DNA of 64,000 bases. It comes from Okamejei kenojei (taxonomy: Eukaryota). This document shows, in pieces, positions 49,356 through 62,414 of the stretch. Position 1 is the stretch's first letter; each line of letters begins with the position of its first letter. The stretch covers positions 57,350,001 through 57,414,000 of the forward strand of contig CM069139.1 in the NCBI GenBank assembly GCA_035221665.1. Reading direction: 5' to 3'. A program made the translations under genes and the position numbers. The notes beneath the pieces are model-generated. The model was not told the DNA's origin. It ran no database searches and saw only the letters and a list, made by a program, of their open reading frames with translations.

Positions 49356-51092
49356 AGCTTTAGTCTTAAAAAATATATATATTTATATTTTATTGAGAAC
49401 ATTGAGAAATGGTTATTATTTTTAGCAGGAAGAGGTTTTACTAGTGCTCAAAGAGTTGTAGGTGTGGTATAAATAACACCTCCGATCTTGAGCATAGCAA
49501 CCTTCTTCATATACGAGACTCACTGGCAGGCTAATGTGGTGTGTTCCTTTGGGAGTTGATTCAAAGCTCTGTAGCCACACTCCCTTTTATCAATCAAAAT
49601 ATGGCCAATTGAGATTATCAGACCAGGCAGATAAGACTGTTTTCTCTCCTCCCAAGAGTCACTAATGGTGTGGGCACGTGGGGAACCAAAAAAACCCTCC
49701 AGATGAGGAGCGCTTCATGTGCTCCTATATCACATCACTAAGTAATGCACCCTCCTCTCACCCTTCCCCCATTCATTTCTCCCTGGCGTACTCCGAGTAA
49801 TGGGCTGGACTAAATTACTAGGTTTTTCTTTTTACCCCCAACCATTTTTATTATTTACATCTGGTAGTCTCCTTATTATAAAGTCTCTCTTGCTCCCCTT
49901 GTACACAATTGCACACAGAGCTGCAAACCATTATAGTCCCTCTCAGCATGAGAACTTCATACTGTCTTCAAACAAATAATTACAGGCAAGGTTAAGGGGT
50001 CACATGGAGGTCATATCTTTGGATAGTCATCAGAATGTTTACATTAGTACCAACAGAGGCTCATTTAACATGCAGAGATTTAAAAAATGTTTCTACTGAT
50101 GTGCAAAGGTAAATTGAGCAATTTTAAAATACTGGACAAAATTTGTAAGGCCAACTTCCAAAACCATAATACTGAAAAGTTTCCATATCCTCATGTTTAA
50201 TGTATTCACCAAATGATCTCGACAACACTAATAGTTCCTCTGCCATTACCATTAAAAAGGAACACACAAATCTGTATGGTGCCTCGCTCTGTATGTAGGG
50301 TTAACATTCCCATACATTTGTGCCCAACTTTTATTGAACTTAAATCTCCTACCACCCTGTTTTCTGCTTCACTGATTCCACACCACACCTGGCAACATGC
50401 TCTTATTTATAGCAATCTTGCCATGAGAAAACTTTTTTTTGCCAAACCTTATTCATCTGGAACAGAGCCCAAATTAGATAGTCACTTCTTAAACAAACCC
50501 TCTTCCAAAACGAGTTGTTTAACCGGTTTGTCAAATCTTGCTGATAACTGGAATCCAGCGTACAAATACTATGTTAATTAAGTTCTATCACAGAATGAAA
50601 AGCTTAAATCGATGTGCTTTGATATTTTAAACAGCATTGTTCAAATCTATGGTAAGCAAAAATGTTAACTGATCATGTTAAATGTTAATGCAAGCTGATT
50701 TCTTGTTACACTAAAATTGAAATGTTCGAAGTTGAAGGAAAGTGAAAGAATTATTGATTTTTTTGGTAAATTTTCTACTGAACAGGCCTAAATGCAGTTC
50801 AAGCCAAAATGACATGCAAATATTATTTGCAGATTTAACAGCCTCTGGAGATGGCTGCACCTGTCAACTTAATCCTTCTTGCTGCTTCTTGGAGATTTTT
50901 CTGAGAATTAGGAATACCCAGAAATACTGTGCAGAGTGGACAGTCTTTCCAAATGTCCATCCTTGTCAATTATTTCACAAAAATTTGGGAAACTCCACTG
51001 AGATTGATTGCTTCAAATTCCCCTATTTGTTATACCCATGCCATCCAATACGTCCAACAATCTGTTATCACAAACTTGCCTTGCAATTTTCT

Positions 51093-51360
51093 TTAGACTT
51101 TAAGACTTAAAAGATACAGTGCGGAAACAGGCCATACACTAACACTACCCTACGCACTAGGGACAATTTGTAATCAAAGCCAATTAACCTACAAAGCTGC
51201 ACGTCTTTGGAGTGTGGGAGGAAACCGGAGGACCTGGAGGAAGCCCACACGGTCACTAGGAAAACGCACAAACTCTGCACAGACGGCACCCGTAGTCAGG
51301 ATCAAATCCGAGTCTCTGGCGTTGTGAGGCAGCAGCTCTGCTACAGCACCATTGTGCCAC
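51093..51360 (-). mobile_element. HE1-like V-SINE
   Basis: Reverse-complement SINE with an internal deletion near the tail. Confidence 0.85.
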
Positions 51361-52019
51361 CCCAAGTAATCCTGTAGTTTCCTGTAGTCTGAACAGATAG
51401 GTTGCATAAATAAGCATCCTACCTATTAAGACAGGCTAAAAGAGTTGGGACTCCACATGTTAAAGATGCATAATTTTAGGGGTGAACTGTTCAACTTCAA
51501 TAAATAGACTTTTGGGTTATGGCGGACTCAAGGTTTAAAGGGGTCAGACAGGCGATGGAACTTAGATCATACCAGCTACGATCCTACCAAATGGCGCAGG
51601 TGCCTTGAGGGCTTTCTTGGCCGATTCCGAGCCCTACCTCTTAGTAGACCAAGCAACTACTATGGTCAACTATATGGTTCTTATAGTTGGTCAATATGGA
51701 CCATATAGTTGTCCATATTAGAAACTAAGTTGAACGTTTGTGTGCCTGTTGACAATTGATTAAATCTTTATTGATAAATCCAATGGAAACACTGCAAGGG
51801 TTGCTTCTCTCTGGAAGGCATTATTTTGCTCTGCACCATTTAACTTTTCTCTCCCGTGGCCGAGCACCCTCATGTGAGTATTTCAGTCACTTTGACAGGT
51901 CGATCAGGAAATCCAAAATGTGGATTCCATTTTCCCTGTTTCCCAAGAGAAAAAGGAATAATATGCCGAACTGTCACATCACATTTAAGAAATATGCCCT
52001 TCTACAATTATATAAGGTT

Positions 52020-52118
52020 TTGGTGATAACACACCTGGAGTATTCTACACAGTTTTGGTCTCCTTATATAACAGAAGGAAATGCTTGCTACAGAGAGAGT
52101 GCAGCAAAGGTTCACTAG
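52020..52118 (+). mobile_element. CR1 ORF2 fragment
   Basis: LQLYKVLVITHLEYSTQFWSP in the ORF track. Confidence 0.75.
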
Positions 52119-52154
52119 ATAGGTTATTGGATTGCAACTCTATCAGAAGAGAGC

Positions 52155-52415
52155 TTGTCGGTTGGCTTCCATTCTCCTCCCCCCCCCCCCCCTCTTTTCC
52201 CGTGTTCATCTCTAACCTATTACCTGCATGCGTTGTCCTGCCCCTCCTTTCTTCCCGCCCTCTTTTCCCACCCATCGACAATCAGTCTGAAGAAGAGTCC
52301 CGACCTGAAAAGTCACCTATCCATGTTCTTCAGAGATGCTATCTGACCCGCTGAGTTACTCCAGCATATTGAGTCTTCTTTTGCAAACTAGCATCTGCAG
52401 TTATTTGTTTCTATG
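52155..52415 (+). mobile_element. Penelope-like 3' fragment with hammerhead-like core
   Basis: Pyrimidine-rich tract, then CTGAAGAAGAGTCCCGACCTGAAAAGTC (52287-52314) and the family body. Confidence 0.7.
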
Positions 52416-54414
52416 TGTCTTTTTTATCCATACATCATATCCAAATAGAACTCCTTAATCACAATAAACTGCTAAATATTATTTGAGTTTGAGAGTATGC
52501 TCTAACGAGTACCAAGCTCATCACTGTTATTCTAGGGTTGTATGGAATGGATTTCATTTACTGGTGCTCTTTTCCCTTGTTACCCAGCAGGGGGGTGGGG
52601 TGCCTGCAGTCATGTGCAGTGGAAGGCCTGGTTCGCCGCTGTGAGAAGATAAGACTGTTCAAAGAGCTTTTGTAACTTAGTAGGCACCAGAAATGTGGTG
52701 ACTCTTTGTATACTGCCTAGGCGAGGTCTGCTGCATGATTTCACCAGATTGTATGCAAAAACAAAGAATTTCACTGTACCTAGATACATGTGGTAATAAA
52801 GCATCATTGACTCATTGGAGATTGAAATATGAGGATGAGGAATTCGCTCCTGGTTCGCTGAGGTAAGGGATTAATACACTTTTTCATACCCATCTCTAGT
52901 AATGACCCAGAAGGTGTTGTGCACTGTATGTGATGTCCTGCATACCTGTTGTACATTGCACCATCTCAGTCATAGCCCCCACCACGGCAACCCGGTGGCA
53001 TCCAAAGGTCCAAACCAAGGTTGGTGGGGATGATGTAGGGTGGAACAATTGGAGCTCATTGGGGAGGGGTTTGAAACAGATGTGGCATCAGAGGATCAGA
53101 GACCAGAGAGGTTAGTAGGAACTTGGTTAAAAATGGGCTCTTGGGTGTTATAGTGTTGGAACATGTTGTAAATGTAAGTGGTTAAGGTGTCTATGAAAGA
53201 TATTGGGGTATTTGGAGGTTTGGGGAGGTGACAATTATGGAATCAACTAGGGAACCAGTGAAATGTTGGTCAGAATTTCAAATGGTTGTGGGAATGGGGC
53301 CAGGGGATGGGGAATAGGGATTGACAGAGTCTAAAAAGCAGAATGTAATGGGACTGCTATCAGTCCAAACCCAGTCGGCCACAGATGAGCATAACTAAGG
53401 CAGTCACTTCTCAGAACAACCACGTGCAGAAGAAACATTTGACGCCTATTCAATTGTTCACGGCACCCTGGTCCTTCGCATAATGACTCTTGCAGTGAAT
53501 GGTTCTTCAGCATAACATTGAGTGGGCCTATAGCAGTTTAACTATTTAATGCCCTGTGACAGTCAATGCTCAGTGTCTGGCTAGGGGTCCCAAAACCATG
53601 CAATGAACCGATCAGAATGAAATAACTCAGACCATAACAATTTTCTCCTCAGGAAACAAGGTTGCCGGTTTAATGAAAGAGTAGGATGCATGCTGCAATG
53701 TTCTCAGCCTGGAGACTGACAAGGCACAGCTTTGTTGTTTTGATCCCCCTTTCTGCCGTAGTTAAGCAGCCTTCTTGCACCAAACCGGCGCCTGACTGAG
53801 TACTCCTATTCATTTACTGCAACTTTTTGATGGACTGCTCAGTATTAAGGGTGTATCATATTTCTTGGTCCAAAGTTAGGATGTTCTGCGCTCCTGTTAG
53901 TTGCCGGGATACATTCAGTTTTGACACTAATAACAGGTCAACACCAATAGTGCCTTTTTGCGGAATGCCAGATGTACATTTTAAACAAACTACAATCTAA
54001 TTTGCTCTAACACTTGATGCCAAATCACAAAGGGGGAGGTCCACCCACGGAGCAGGAATCCCTGCAGCCACTTCTAAACCAATGCAGGTTTGAGATTTAA
54101 ATGTATTTTTTGAAAAGTAAAAACTGGCTCATGAAGGCTACAAAGAAGTGATTTAATTTTGGTGTTGTTGCTTATGTTACAGCTTTTATGTGGCCATGAA
54201 CTCTTTGACACAGGTTAACACAAAGCTAGCAACATCTCCAGAGACAAATACCTTCTTCGAGGGTTTCCCACCACCACACAAATCATTACTGGAAATTGCC
54301 GGGGAATCAGTGACCGTTTCTCCAAGGACTAACAGTATGGTTCAAACTACTGAGTACTAGAGGGTAATTATCAATGGGAAAAGGCAAGAATAAAACAACA
54401 GCAACAATTTCAGG

Positions 54415-54813
54415 GATGAGGTCTCGGCGGCGGCGGCAGCGGTGAAGCCTCGCAACGATAATGCCTCGGCGATGGTGAAGCCTTGCGGCGGCGATGCCTC
54501 GAGGGTCGACGTGGTCGATGGTCGATGAGAGCATGGAGAACCACCGTGAGGGGGGAGGGGAAGAACAATGGAGGACCCGGCATGGGGGGGACTGCCATGA
54601 GGGGGGAGGGGAAGAACAATGGACAATGGGGGGGACCCGACGTGGGGGGACTGCTGTGGGGGGGGGAGAGGGGGAACAAAAGGGGGAGCCGGCGTGCTTT
54701 GTAACTTTGTCAGCGCCGTAGGTGGCTGTTATTTGTATACATTGTGTATGCAAGCAAAGAATCTCACTGTGCTTAGTCACATATGACAATATTCCTATTC
54801 CTATTCCTATTCC
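54415..54813 (+). mobile_element. CpG/G-rich retroposon with internal tandem repeats and LINE-type tail
   Basis: Repeated GGGGGGAGGGGAAGAACAATGGA units, 3' end related to 52750-52810, (ATTCCT)n tail. Confidence 0.6.
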
Positions 54814-54934
54814 TTGGGCAGATCCATGGGATAGCAGAACATTATGCTCATTCTTGGTTATAAAGTCTGACCCCAAATATGGTATACTGTTCTACATCAT
54901 GACTGTATCATTATGCACTTTCCTGCATAAATAT

Positions 54935-55240
54935 AGACTTTAGACTTTAGAGATACAGGGCAGAGGCAGGCTCTTTGGCCCACTGAGCCCATGGCAACCA
55001 GCGATCATCCCATACACTTGCACTATCCTACACACGAGGGACAATTTACAATTTTTACAATTTTACCGAAGCAAATTAACCTACGCATTATTGGAGTGTG
55101 GGAAGAAACTGGAGCACCCGTGGAAAACCCAAACCGTCTCACGGAGAATGTACAAACTCTGTACAGACAGCACCCGTAGTCAGGATCGAACCCGGGTCTG
55201 TGGCGCTGTGAGGCAGCAACTCTGCCGCTGGGCCACCCGT
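54935..55240 (-). mobile_element. HE1-like V-SINE
   Basis: Reverse-complement full SINE. Confidence 0.9.
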
Positions 55241-56261
55241 GCGGGTTACTAAAGTACAAACGGTGACAATATACAGGTTTGCGTATAGAAAGGGGATTTT
55301 GAATCCCTATGGTGCTGCTTCACGTAACAGACACAGAGAATTAGTTCCAAAGTCTATTAACAGTCTTGGGCTTGCATTTTCTCCATAAAAGTTGTTTCCG
55401 AAGTTCACTCAAGACGATGGGTGTACCGCCAGTATGATTGCCACATTCAAAGGAAATGTGAGAAATTGCACCACGAGTTTTTAAGTGCAGAATGCCAGAA
55501 TCAGAATCTGTCAACAGCCCCAATGCTAACAGCAATTTCTCCTATATTTGTCAATGCAGCAACGGGGAAGGTACCCCATCGTAATCCATCATGTATCCCG
55601 AGAGACGAGACAAGGTGCTATATAAATGCAAATTTTTTTTATCTTTTACTTGTGATATATATCAAGCAAGAAATCAAGATGACTAGCATACTTTGGTCAG
55701 GTCCCAACTTGTTCTTGATTCATTCTGGTACAGCCTTTCCTGTTTTGTGCAAATCTGCGTTTGAGCAATGATCCTGTCTGTCTTCCCCCTGGGATATAGG
55801 TTGAAACTAGTGTATGTCAGCAAATTCTTTAACTCATTGTGGGTGCTCGAATTTTTTAAATCAAAGTTCACATGGGATTATATTGAGAAAATATCAACTT
55901 AAGCACCTGAAAAATTGAAGTAATTTCCAGGCAAATATTTAGTATTTTTTAGTTTAGAGATAGCATGGAAACAGGCCTTTCGGCCCACTAGGTTCATGCC
56001 GCCCCATTCACAATAGTTCTTAAGCCTGTTTTTTTTTTTGTTTTTTTATTCCCTTACCCTGGTTAAAAGACGTTCACCCTATTCCCCTCATGAATTTATA
56101 CTCTATAAAATCCCCCATGAGCCTCCTGTGCCCCAAGGAATAAAGTTCTAGCCTGTCCAACCTCTCCCTGTAGCACAGGTCCTCAGCACCTTATAACATC
56201 CTCATAAATCTTCACATTATTCCAAATGTAGCCTCACCAACATCTTGTACGACAGTAACAG

Positions 56262-56735
56262 TTTTAGTTAATTTATTGTCACGTGTACCGAGGTACAGTG
56301 AAAAGCTGTTGTTGCATTTCACCAGTCAGCAGAAAGACTATACATGATTACAATTGAGACATCCAATGTGTACAGATACATGATAAAGGGAGTAATGTTT
56401 AGTGCAAGGTAAAGTTTGGTAAAGTCCGATTAAAGATAGTTTGAGGTACCAATGCGGTAGATAGTAGCTCTGGACTTCTCTCTAGATGTTGGTAGTATGG
56501 TTCAGTTGCCTGATGACAGCGAGGATAAAACAGTCCCTGAAACTGGAGGTACACGTTTTCACACTCCTGCACATCTTGCCTGATGGGAGAGGGAAGAAGA
56601 GGGAGTGACGAGAGTGACTCGTCCTTGATTATGCTGGTGGCCTTGCTGAGGCAGAGTGAAATGTAGATGGAGTCAATGGAAGGGAGGTTGGTTTGTGTGA
56701 TGGTCTGGGCTGCGCCTACAATTCTTCGCAATCCC
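56262..56735 (-). mobile_element. Rex1/Babar-like LINE 3' fragment
   Basis: LRRIVGAAQTITQTNLPSIDSIYISLCLSKATSIIKD in the ORF track, plus the shared 3' tail. Confidence 0.8.
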
Positions 56736-57549
56736 ACCTTCTATACTCAGTATCCTCACTAATGAATGTACCAGCAGCCTTCCTAGCTGTTTGCAGATTA
56801 GGGAAGAAACGTGCAGTATATAAGTGTATGCTGTGAGCGAGCTCACTGGACTTCACCTTGGGCTGGAACTGAAATGGTGCCGGGACCCTCGAGTTCTCTA
56901 TGCCAGGATACTGTGAAGGAGTCCCCAGTGTGCAGAAGACTCGGGACCTGTTGCTACCAACGGCCACTCCAATCAGTGAAGACCGAATGAGCAGAAGACT
57001 TGCGATTAATTTAATCCTTTCTAAACCATTTACTGTATTTCACTATACTTTAATAACCTGAATTTCGTTGTAACATTGGAGTGTTCTTTCTCCATTATTG
57101 ACTTGAATCCTCAAAACCCGCCTGTATGATTACAAAGGCCAAGTCCTAATCATTTCTACATTCAAAGGAAATGAGTGGTCCCGTTGCCAATCTTTTGGTA
57201 AACTCCACTGAACACTTCCCTCCAGACTGTGACACAATCTTTCATGGATCACATCTTGTTTTCTATTACCTGACCAATTTTCCATTCCCATTGTCACCGT
57301 CTCTTTTACACCACAGACTTCAATCTTGATCAGGTGTCTATTATGTGATGTCTCTCGAACGCCTGATGGACATCAATATATACCATATCAACCACATTTC
57401 CCTCATCAACACTCACATGTAACTTCATCAAAAGAACCTATCACGCTAGTTGAACATGATTTGTTTTTAATAAATCCACGTGGCTTTCACTCATCAATCC
57501 ACACCTGCCTAAGTGACTACTAATTCTGTCTCTGATTAATATTACTGTT

Positions 57550-57842
57550 CAGCTTCGAGATATAGCTTCAGCCCACTGAGTCCATGCCGACCATCGATCA
57601 TCCATACACTAGTTCTATTATCCAGTTTTCACAACCTAAACACAAGAGTCAATTTTACAGAAGCCAATTAACCTAAAAGGTTGCACGTCTTTGGAATATG
57701 GGGTGAAATCGGGGCACCTGGAAGAAACCCACGCGGTCACAGGGAGAAATTACAAACTCCATACAGGCAGCATCCATGGTCGGGATCGATCCAGGTCTCT
57801 GGCACTGTAAGGCAGCAACTCCACCACCCTGCCACTGTGCAC
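57550..57842 (-). mobile_element. HE1-like V-SINE
   Basis: Reverse-complement SINE. Confidence 0.85.
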
Positions 57843-58032
57843 TGACACTGTTATTGCCTGAACCTTCCTGTCATCCGATCTTAAGCTGCCCGGTCGGTTA
57901 TACTTCCTGCAGTCACCCTTTTTATATAAGGTTGTAATATTTGCAGCAAGTCACTGCTCAGCCATCACTTGTCTGGCAGTGTATGACCAGAGCCTCTGCA
58001 ACCCACTCCCTCAGTTCCCTCAACAAGCCCAT

Positions 58033-58775
58033 GGCAACACAGTGGCGCAGCTGGTAGATCTGCCTCCCACAGCGTCAGAGACCCGGGTTCGAACCTGACC
58101 GTAGGTGCCATCTGTGTGCAGTTTGCATTTTTTACCAATGTAGTGACAGATGTTTATAGCATTTCAAGGATTTAGTCCTTTAGCCACTTTAATTGAAGAC
58201 AGGGGATCAGAAGATAATCGATACGCACCCACGAGCTCTCCACGAGACATTCAATGCCATCGAAAGATGAATCTTCCAAACACAGTCTCTTGATTAATAG
58301 TTTCTTTATTGTAGTAGTAAAGACAGTAAGATATCCATCCAAACTCCTTCTTGTGTAAGTACATTGCAATTCAATCCTGGTCATGCTCGTGCATGGTCTA
58401 AAGCTATGACCTCTCCCCCATTCTTCTTCAAACTAAACTAACTACTAGGGAGTCTGCGCGAGAATCCCAGCCGCAAACACGCCTCAGACTACTTATAAAT
58501 CCCACCCACATAATTACAGGCAGATAAAATTTAAAGGTAACCGGCTATAGTTATAACATACTGAGTTAAGCTAAATGGCTACTACAACCTATGTGACCAT
58601 GTGCGTTTCCTTCGATTACTCCAGTTTCGTCCCACATCCCAAAGACACATCCCAAAGGGTCGGTAGGTTAATTGGCTGCTGTAAATTGCCCTTAGGGTAC
58701 AGAGTAGATAAGAAAGTGGCTGAACATAGAACCTGTGTGAACAGGTGATCGATGGTTACTGTAGACTAGGTGGAA
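58033..58775 (+). mobile_element. HE1-like V-SINE split by an LTR insertion
   Basis: Head 58033-58138 resumes co-linearly at 58587 (gtgacc...ccagtttcgtcccacatcccaaagac). Confidence 0.8.
58139..58586 (-). mobile_element. Solo LTR (448 bp)
   Basis: TGTAGT...ACTACA termini, flanks ACCAA/ACCTA (5-bp TSD, 1 mismatch), TATA-like 58493-58499 upstream of AATAAA 58305-58310 on -. Confidence 0.8.
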
Positions 58776-58794
58776 CTTGAACAGATCTTTAAAC

Positions 58795-59165
58795 TGGTTT
58801 AGTTAATTACTCACGTGTACTGAGGTACAGTGAAAAGCTTTTTGTTGTGTGCTATCCAAACAAGACTATACCTGATTACAATCCAGCTGTCCACTGTGTA
58901 CAGATAAAGGATAAATGGTACAACATTTAATGCAAGATAAAGTCTGATTAAAGATACTTCAAGGGTCTTAAATTTGATATATGTGGGAAGGTCAGAATTG
59001 CACTCTAGCTGGTGAGAGGACCGTCCAATTGCCTGATGACAACTGGGAAGAAAATGTCCCTGAATCAGGAGGTGTGCATTTTCAAACTTCTGTGCTTCTT
59101 GACTGATAGGAGAGGGGAGAAGAAGGAGTGACTGGGGTGAGATTCATCCTTGATTATGCTTGGCC
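58795..59165 (-). mobile_element. Rex1-like LINE 3' fragment
   Basis: Homologous to 56262-56640. Confidence 0.75.
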
Positions 59166-59699
59166 AGTGCCTTCTCATTACAAACTTTTAGCTCATCAAG
59201 AATCTCAATCACAGTTTCCTTTGCTGAGACGCAAGCTACATTTTACTCCTTGACTACTCATTTGGAACCATAGCCAATGTCCTTCTTCTCCACGAGTCAA
59301 TTTCCAGTCCAATATCTTATCAGCTCCACAATCCTTTTTTACAATACTTTTTTATTTACTTACCTATATAATATTTTGGATTCCCTTTTATGTTTGTGGC
59401 CAATCTTTTCACATGGCCTTTCCTATTTCACTTCCCCATAAATTTCTCACTTGTACATTTCCCCTATTGTGTAGGATGCTAAACTAGGATGACATAGAAC
59501 AAGTGTATAGTTAATGGATGGTGTGGATTCGCTGGGCTGAAGGGTCTGTTTCCATGCCCTATCTCCAAACTAAATTAGAAGTAAACTAAGTGGAGCAAGT
59601 ACTTGGTTTTCACTTTTGTCATCAAGCCTGGCATCTGCTGTGCGCTTCTCTTCTCTGTTCTGATTTAATCTCTACTTCTGTTTTGGTCATCCACTGAGC

Positions 59700-60110
59700 T
59701 CTGACTTCAGTTTCCCTCATGGGAATGTAATTCAATTGTGGCTGAAACATCTGCACTTTAACAGGCTTCCTCTGTTCAATTACACTTTTTGCCTGCCCAG
59801 CACTGAATTCAATTCATCCAAGCTAGATTTGTTCTCATGCCAATGAAATTGGCCTTTATCCAATTGATTAGTTTTACCTCAGAGAGGCTGAGATTATTTC
59901 CCATGGCTATTCTACACGTGATATTATGATCGCTCTTTCCTAGATGCTCCCCCAGTGGTACTTGTTCCACTTGGCCTGGCTCATTTCCCAGAAACAAGTC
60001 GAGCAATGCTGTCTTCCTCACTCAGCCAGAAACACACCGAAAGAGAATATTCTCCTGAACACCCTTCAGAATCTCATCCCTTACTTAGTTCCTTAAGTTA
60101 TTGCTGCTCC
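59700..60110 (-). mobile_element. CR1 ORF2 endonuclease-domain fragment
   Basis: TALLDLFLGNEPGQVEQVPLGEHLGKSDHN, the AP-endonuclease SDH motif. Confidence 0.85.
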
Positions 60111-60134
60111 AATCTATATTCATGGAGTTTAGGG

Positions 60135-60295
60135 TAGCACCATGGCGCAGCTGGTAGAGTTGTTGCCTTGCAGTGCCAAACAGGGTGGACCACGTGAAGG
60201 TTCCAATCTCCCACCCCAGGATAGTGTTAATGTTCAGGGGTGACTGCAGGTCGGCGTGGACTCGGTGGGCCGAAGGGCCTGTTTCCATGCTGTAT
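60135..60295 (+). mobile_element. Internally deleted HE1-like SINE
   Basis: Head joined to tail through a short unrelated segment. Confidence 0.7.
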
Positions 60296-60649
60296 TGCTG
60301 TGAAGCAATAATGGAATGACCTTAGTGACTTTAAAGTCTCTTAACATTCCCATCACTTTAAAGTCTCTAAAGTCATTCCATCATTGCTTCACTGTGCCCA
60401 TTGTGCATCTCTGCAATGTTCCTGCAGATTTGCTTATCAATATCCCACCAGCTGGTGATTTACAGAACAATCCCAATGATCGTAATGAACCTCAGCCAGT
60501 GAATATGAGGTCCTCCAGAGGGTCCAGGCATGATGTTATGACAGACTAGTGTAGATGGGGCATGTTGATCGACGTGGACAACTTTGGTTGACGGGCCTGT
60601 TTCCACGCTATCTGACTCTATGACTCTATTGATGCATTCATTGTAAGTG

Positions 60650-60872
60650 ACCAGTGATCACCCCGTAGACTAGCACTGTCTTACATACAATTTTTACCAA
60701 AGCCAATTAACCTGAACTTCTTTGGAGTGTGGGAAGAATCTGGAGCAGAGAAAACCCATGTGGTCACAGGGAGAACATGCAAACTCCATACAGACAACAC
60801 CCGTAGTCAGGATTGAACCTGGGTCTCTGCCACTATAAGGCAGCAACTCTACAACTATTCCAATATGCCGCC
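60650..60872 (-). mobile_element. HE1-like V-SINE
   Basis: Reverse-complement head and core. Confidence 0.85.
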
Positions 60873-60934
60873 CCGAACCCAATCCTACCTGAACCCATTT
60901 CATTTCCCCCATATTCCCATCACTTCCCACCGCT

Positions 60935-61145
60935 AGATTCTACCCCTCATTAGCATACTGGGGGCAATTTACAGTGGTTAATTAACGTACCAACCTGCAC
61001 GTGATTTGAATGGGGGCTGGAACTGGGGCGCCCAAAGGAAACAGAGTGCACAGTCACACACAAACTACACAGACTACACCAGAGGTCAGGATTCAAGACC
61101 AGAGGTGAGGCAGCAGCCCTACTAGCTGCACCACTGTGCTGCCTA
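60935..61145 (-). mobile_element. Older V-SINE copy
   Basis: Diverged head (gctgcaccactgtgctgcc) and core. Confidence 0.6.
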
Positions 61146-61479
61146 AATAGGGATGAAGTGAATGTGTCATGGTTTGAACAACCAGCTATGTCTGTAATTC
61201 ATTTGTAGCATAATAATGTAGCCCAATAAAGAACACAGTCTGCCAATTGACGATTGGGATAATTTATCAGCAACAGGCCACATTCAGTCCTTAGCTGGAA
61301 CTACAATAGTGGATGCTAAAGTCAGTCTTGAGACACTCGGAATAAAACTGGAAATTTTGTCCAATATTGTCTGTAGTCCAGTGATATCCATGGGATAATG
61401 TGCATTTTCATTTCACTGGAGCAGGCGATTAGCTACAATAATGGACAAACCCTAAGAAAATTGGGCAGGAATTACATGA

Positions 61480-61915
61480 AGTACATTAATACAATAAGTG
61501 GCAGGACCCTGAGGAGCATTGATGTACCAATAGATTTTGGGGTGCAAATCTATAGCTCTCTAAACGTAGCAACACAAGTAGATAGGGTGGTAAAGAATCT
61601 GGGTGCTTACTTGTCCAGCAGTCGGGGCACTGAGCATAAAGGTCGGGAGGATCTGATGCAGCTCCATAAAACTTTGGATATACATTTGGAGTATTGCGTT
61701 TAGTTTTGGTTGCCCCACTTCAGGAAGAACATGGAGGCTTTGGAGAGGATGGTTTGCATGATATTGTCCGAATTACAGAGTATCAGCTATAAGGAATGGT
61801 TGGACAAATTAGTATTGTTTTATTTTCAGTGTCAGAGACAGTGGTTCAACTGGTGATCATATATAAAATTATGAGGAACACAAATAGGATAGATAGTCAG
61901 AGATTTTTTTTCCCA
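61480..61915 (+). mobile_element. Degenerate CR1 ORF2 fragment
   Basis: DFGVQIYSSLNVATQVDRVVK...HLEYCV. Confidence 0.8.
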
Positions 61916-61939
61916 TTTTTACATTTTTAGCTTTATTTT

Positions 61940-62182
61940 TTGTTTTAGAGATACATCGTGGAAACAGGCCCTTTGGCCCACCAAAGTCATGCCAACCAGC
62001 GATCACTCGTACACTAGTTCTATCCTGTAACTCACAAACCTGAACATCTTTGGAATGTGGGAGGAAACCCAAGCAGTCAGCCAGGAAGAATGTACAAACT
62101 CCGTACAGACAGCACCCGTGGTCAGGATTGAACCCGGATCTCTGGCACTGTAAGGCAGCAGCTCTACCACTGCGACACCGCC
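61940..62182 (-). mobile_element. HE1-like V-SINE
   Basis: Reverse-complement SINE. Confidence 0.85.
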
Positions 62183-62320
62183 TCAAAGTATGTCAGTGAC
62201 CCCACCGGCCACCCTTCCCCTCAAGATCCCTCAGTGACCTCACTGATCGTCCCTCACTCAAGTTGCATCAATGAGCCCAATCATTAATCAAGTCAAGTCA
62301 AGGGAGTTTATTGTCATGTG

Positions 62321-62414
62321 GTTACACAAAAGGCTGGAGAAACTCAGCAGGTGCAGCAGCATCTAAGGAGCGAAGGAGATAGGCGACGTTTCGGGTCGAG
62401 ACCCTTCTTCAGAC
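62321..62414 (-). mobile_element. 94-bp hammerhead-core mini-element with 11-bp TSD
   Basis: ATTGTCATGTG at 62310-62320 and 62415-62425; - strand starts GTCTGAAGAAGGGTCTCGACCCGAAACGTC. Confidence 0.85.

Noticed and set aside
54307-54876. Pro-rich 189-aa ORF and overlapping ORFs
   Set aside because: Arise from a GC-rich tandem repeat that lacks stop codons.
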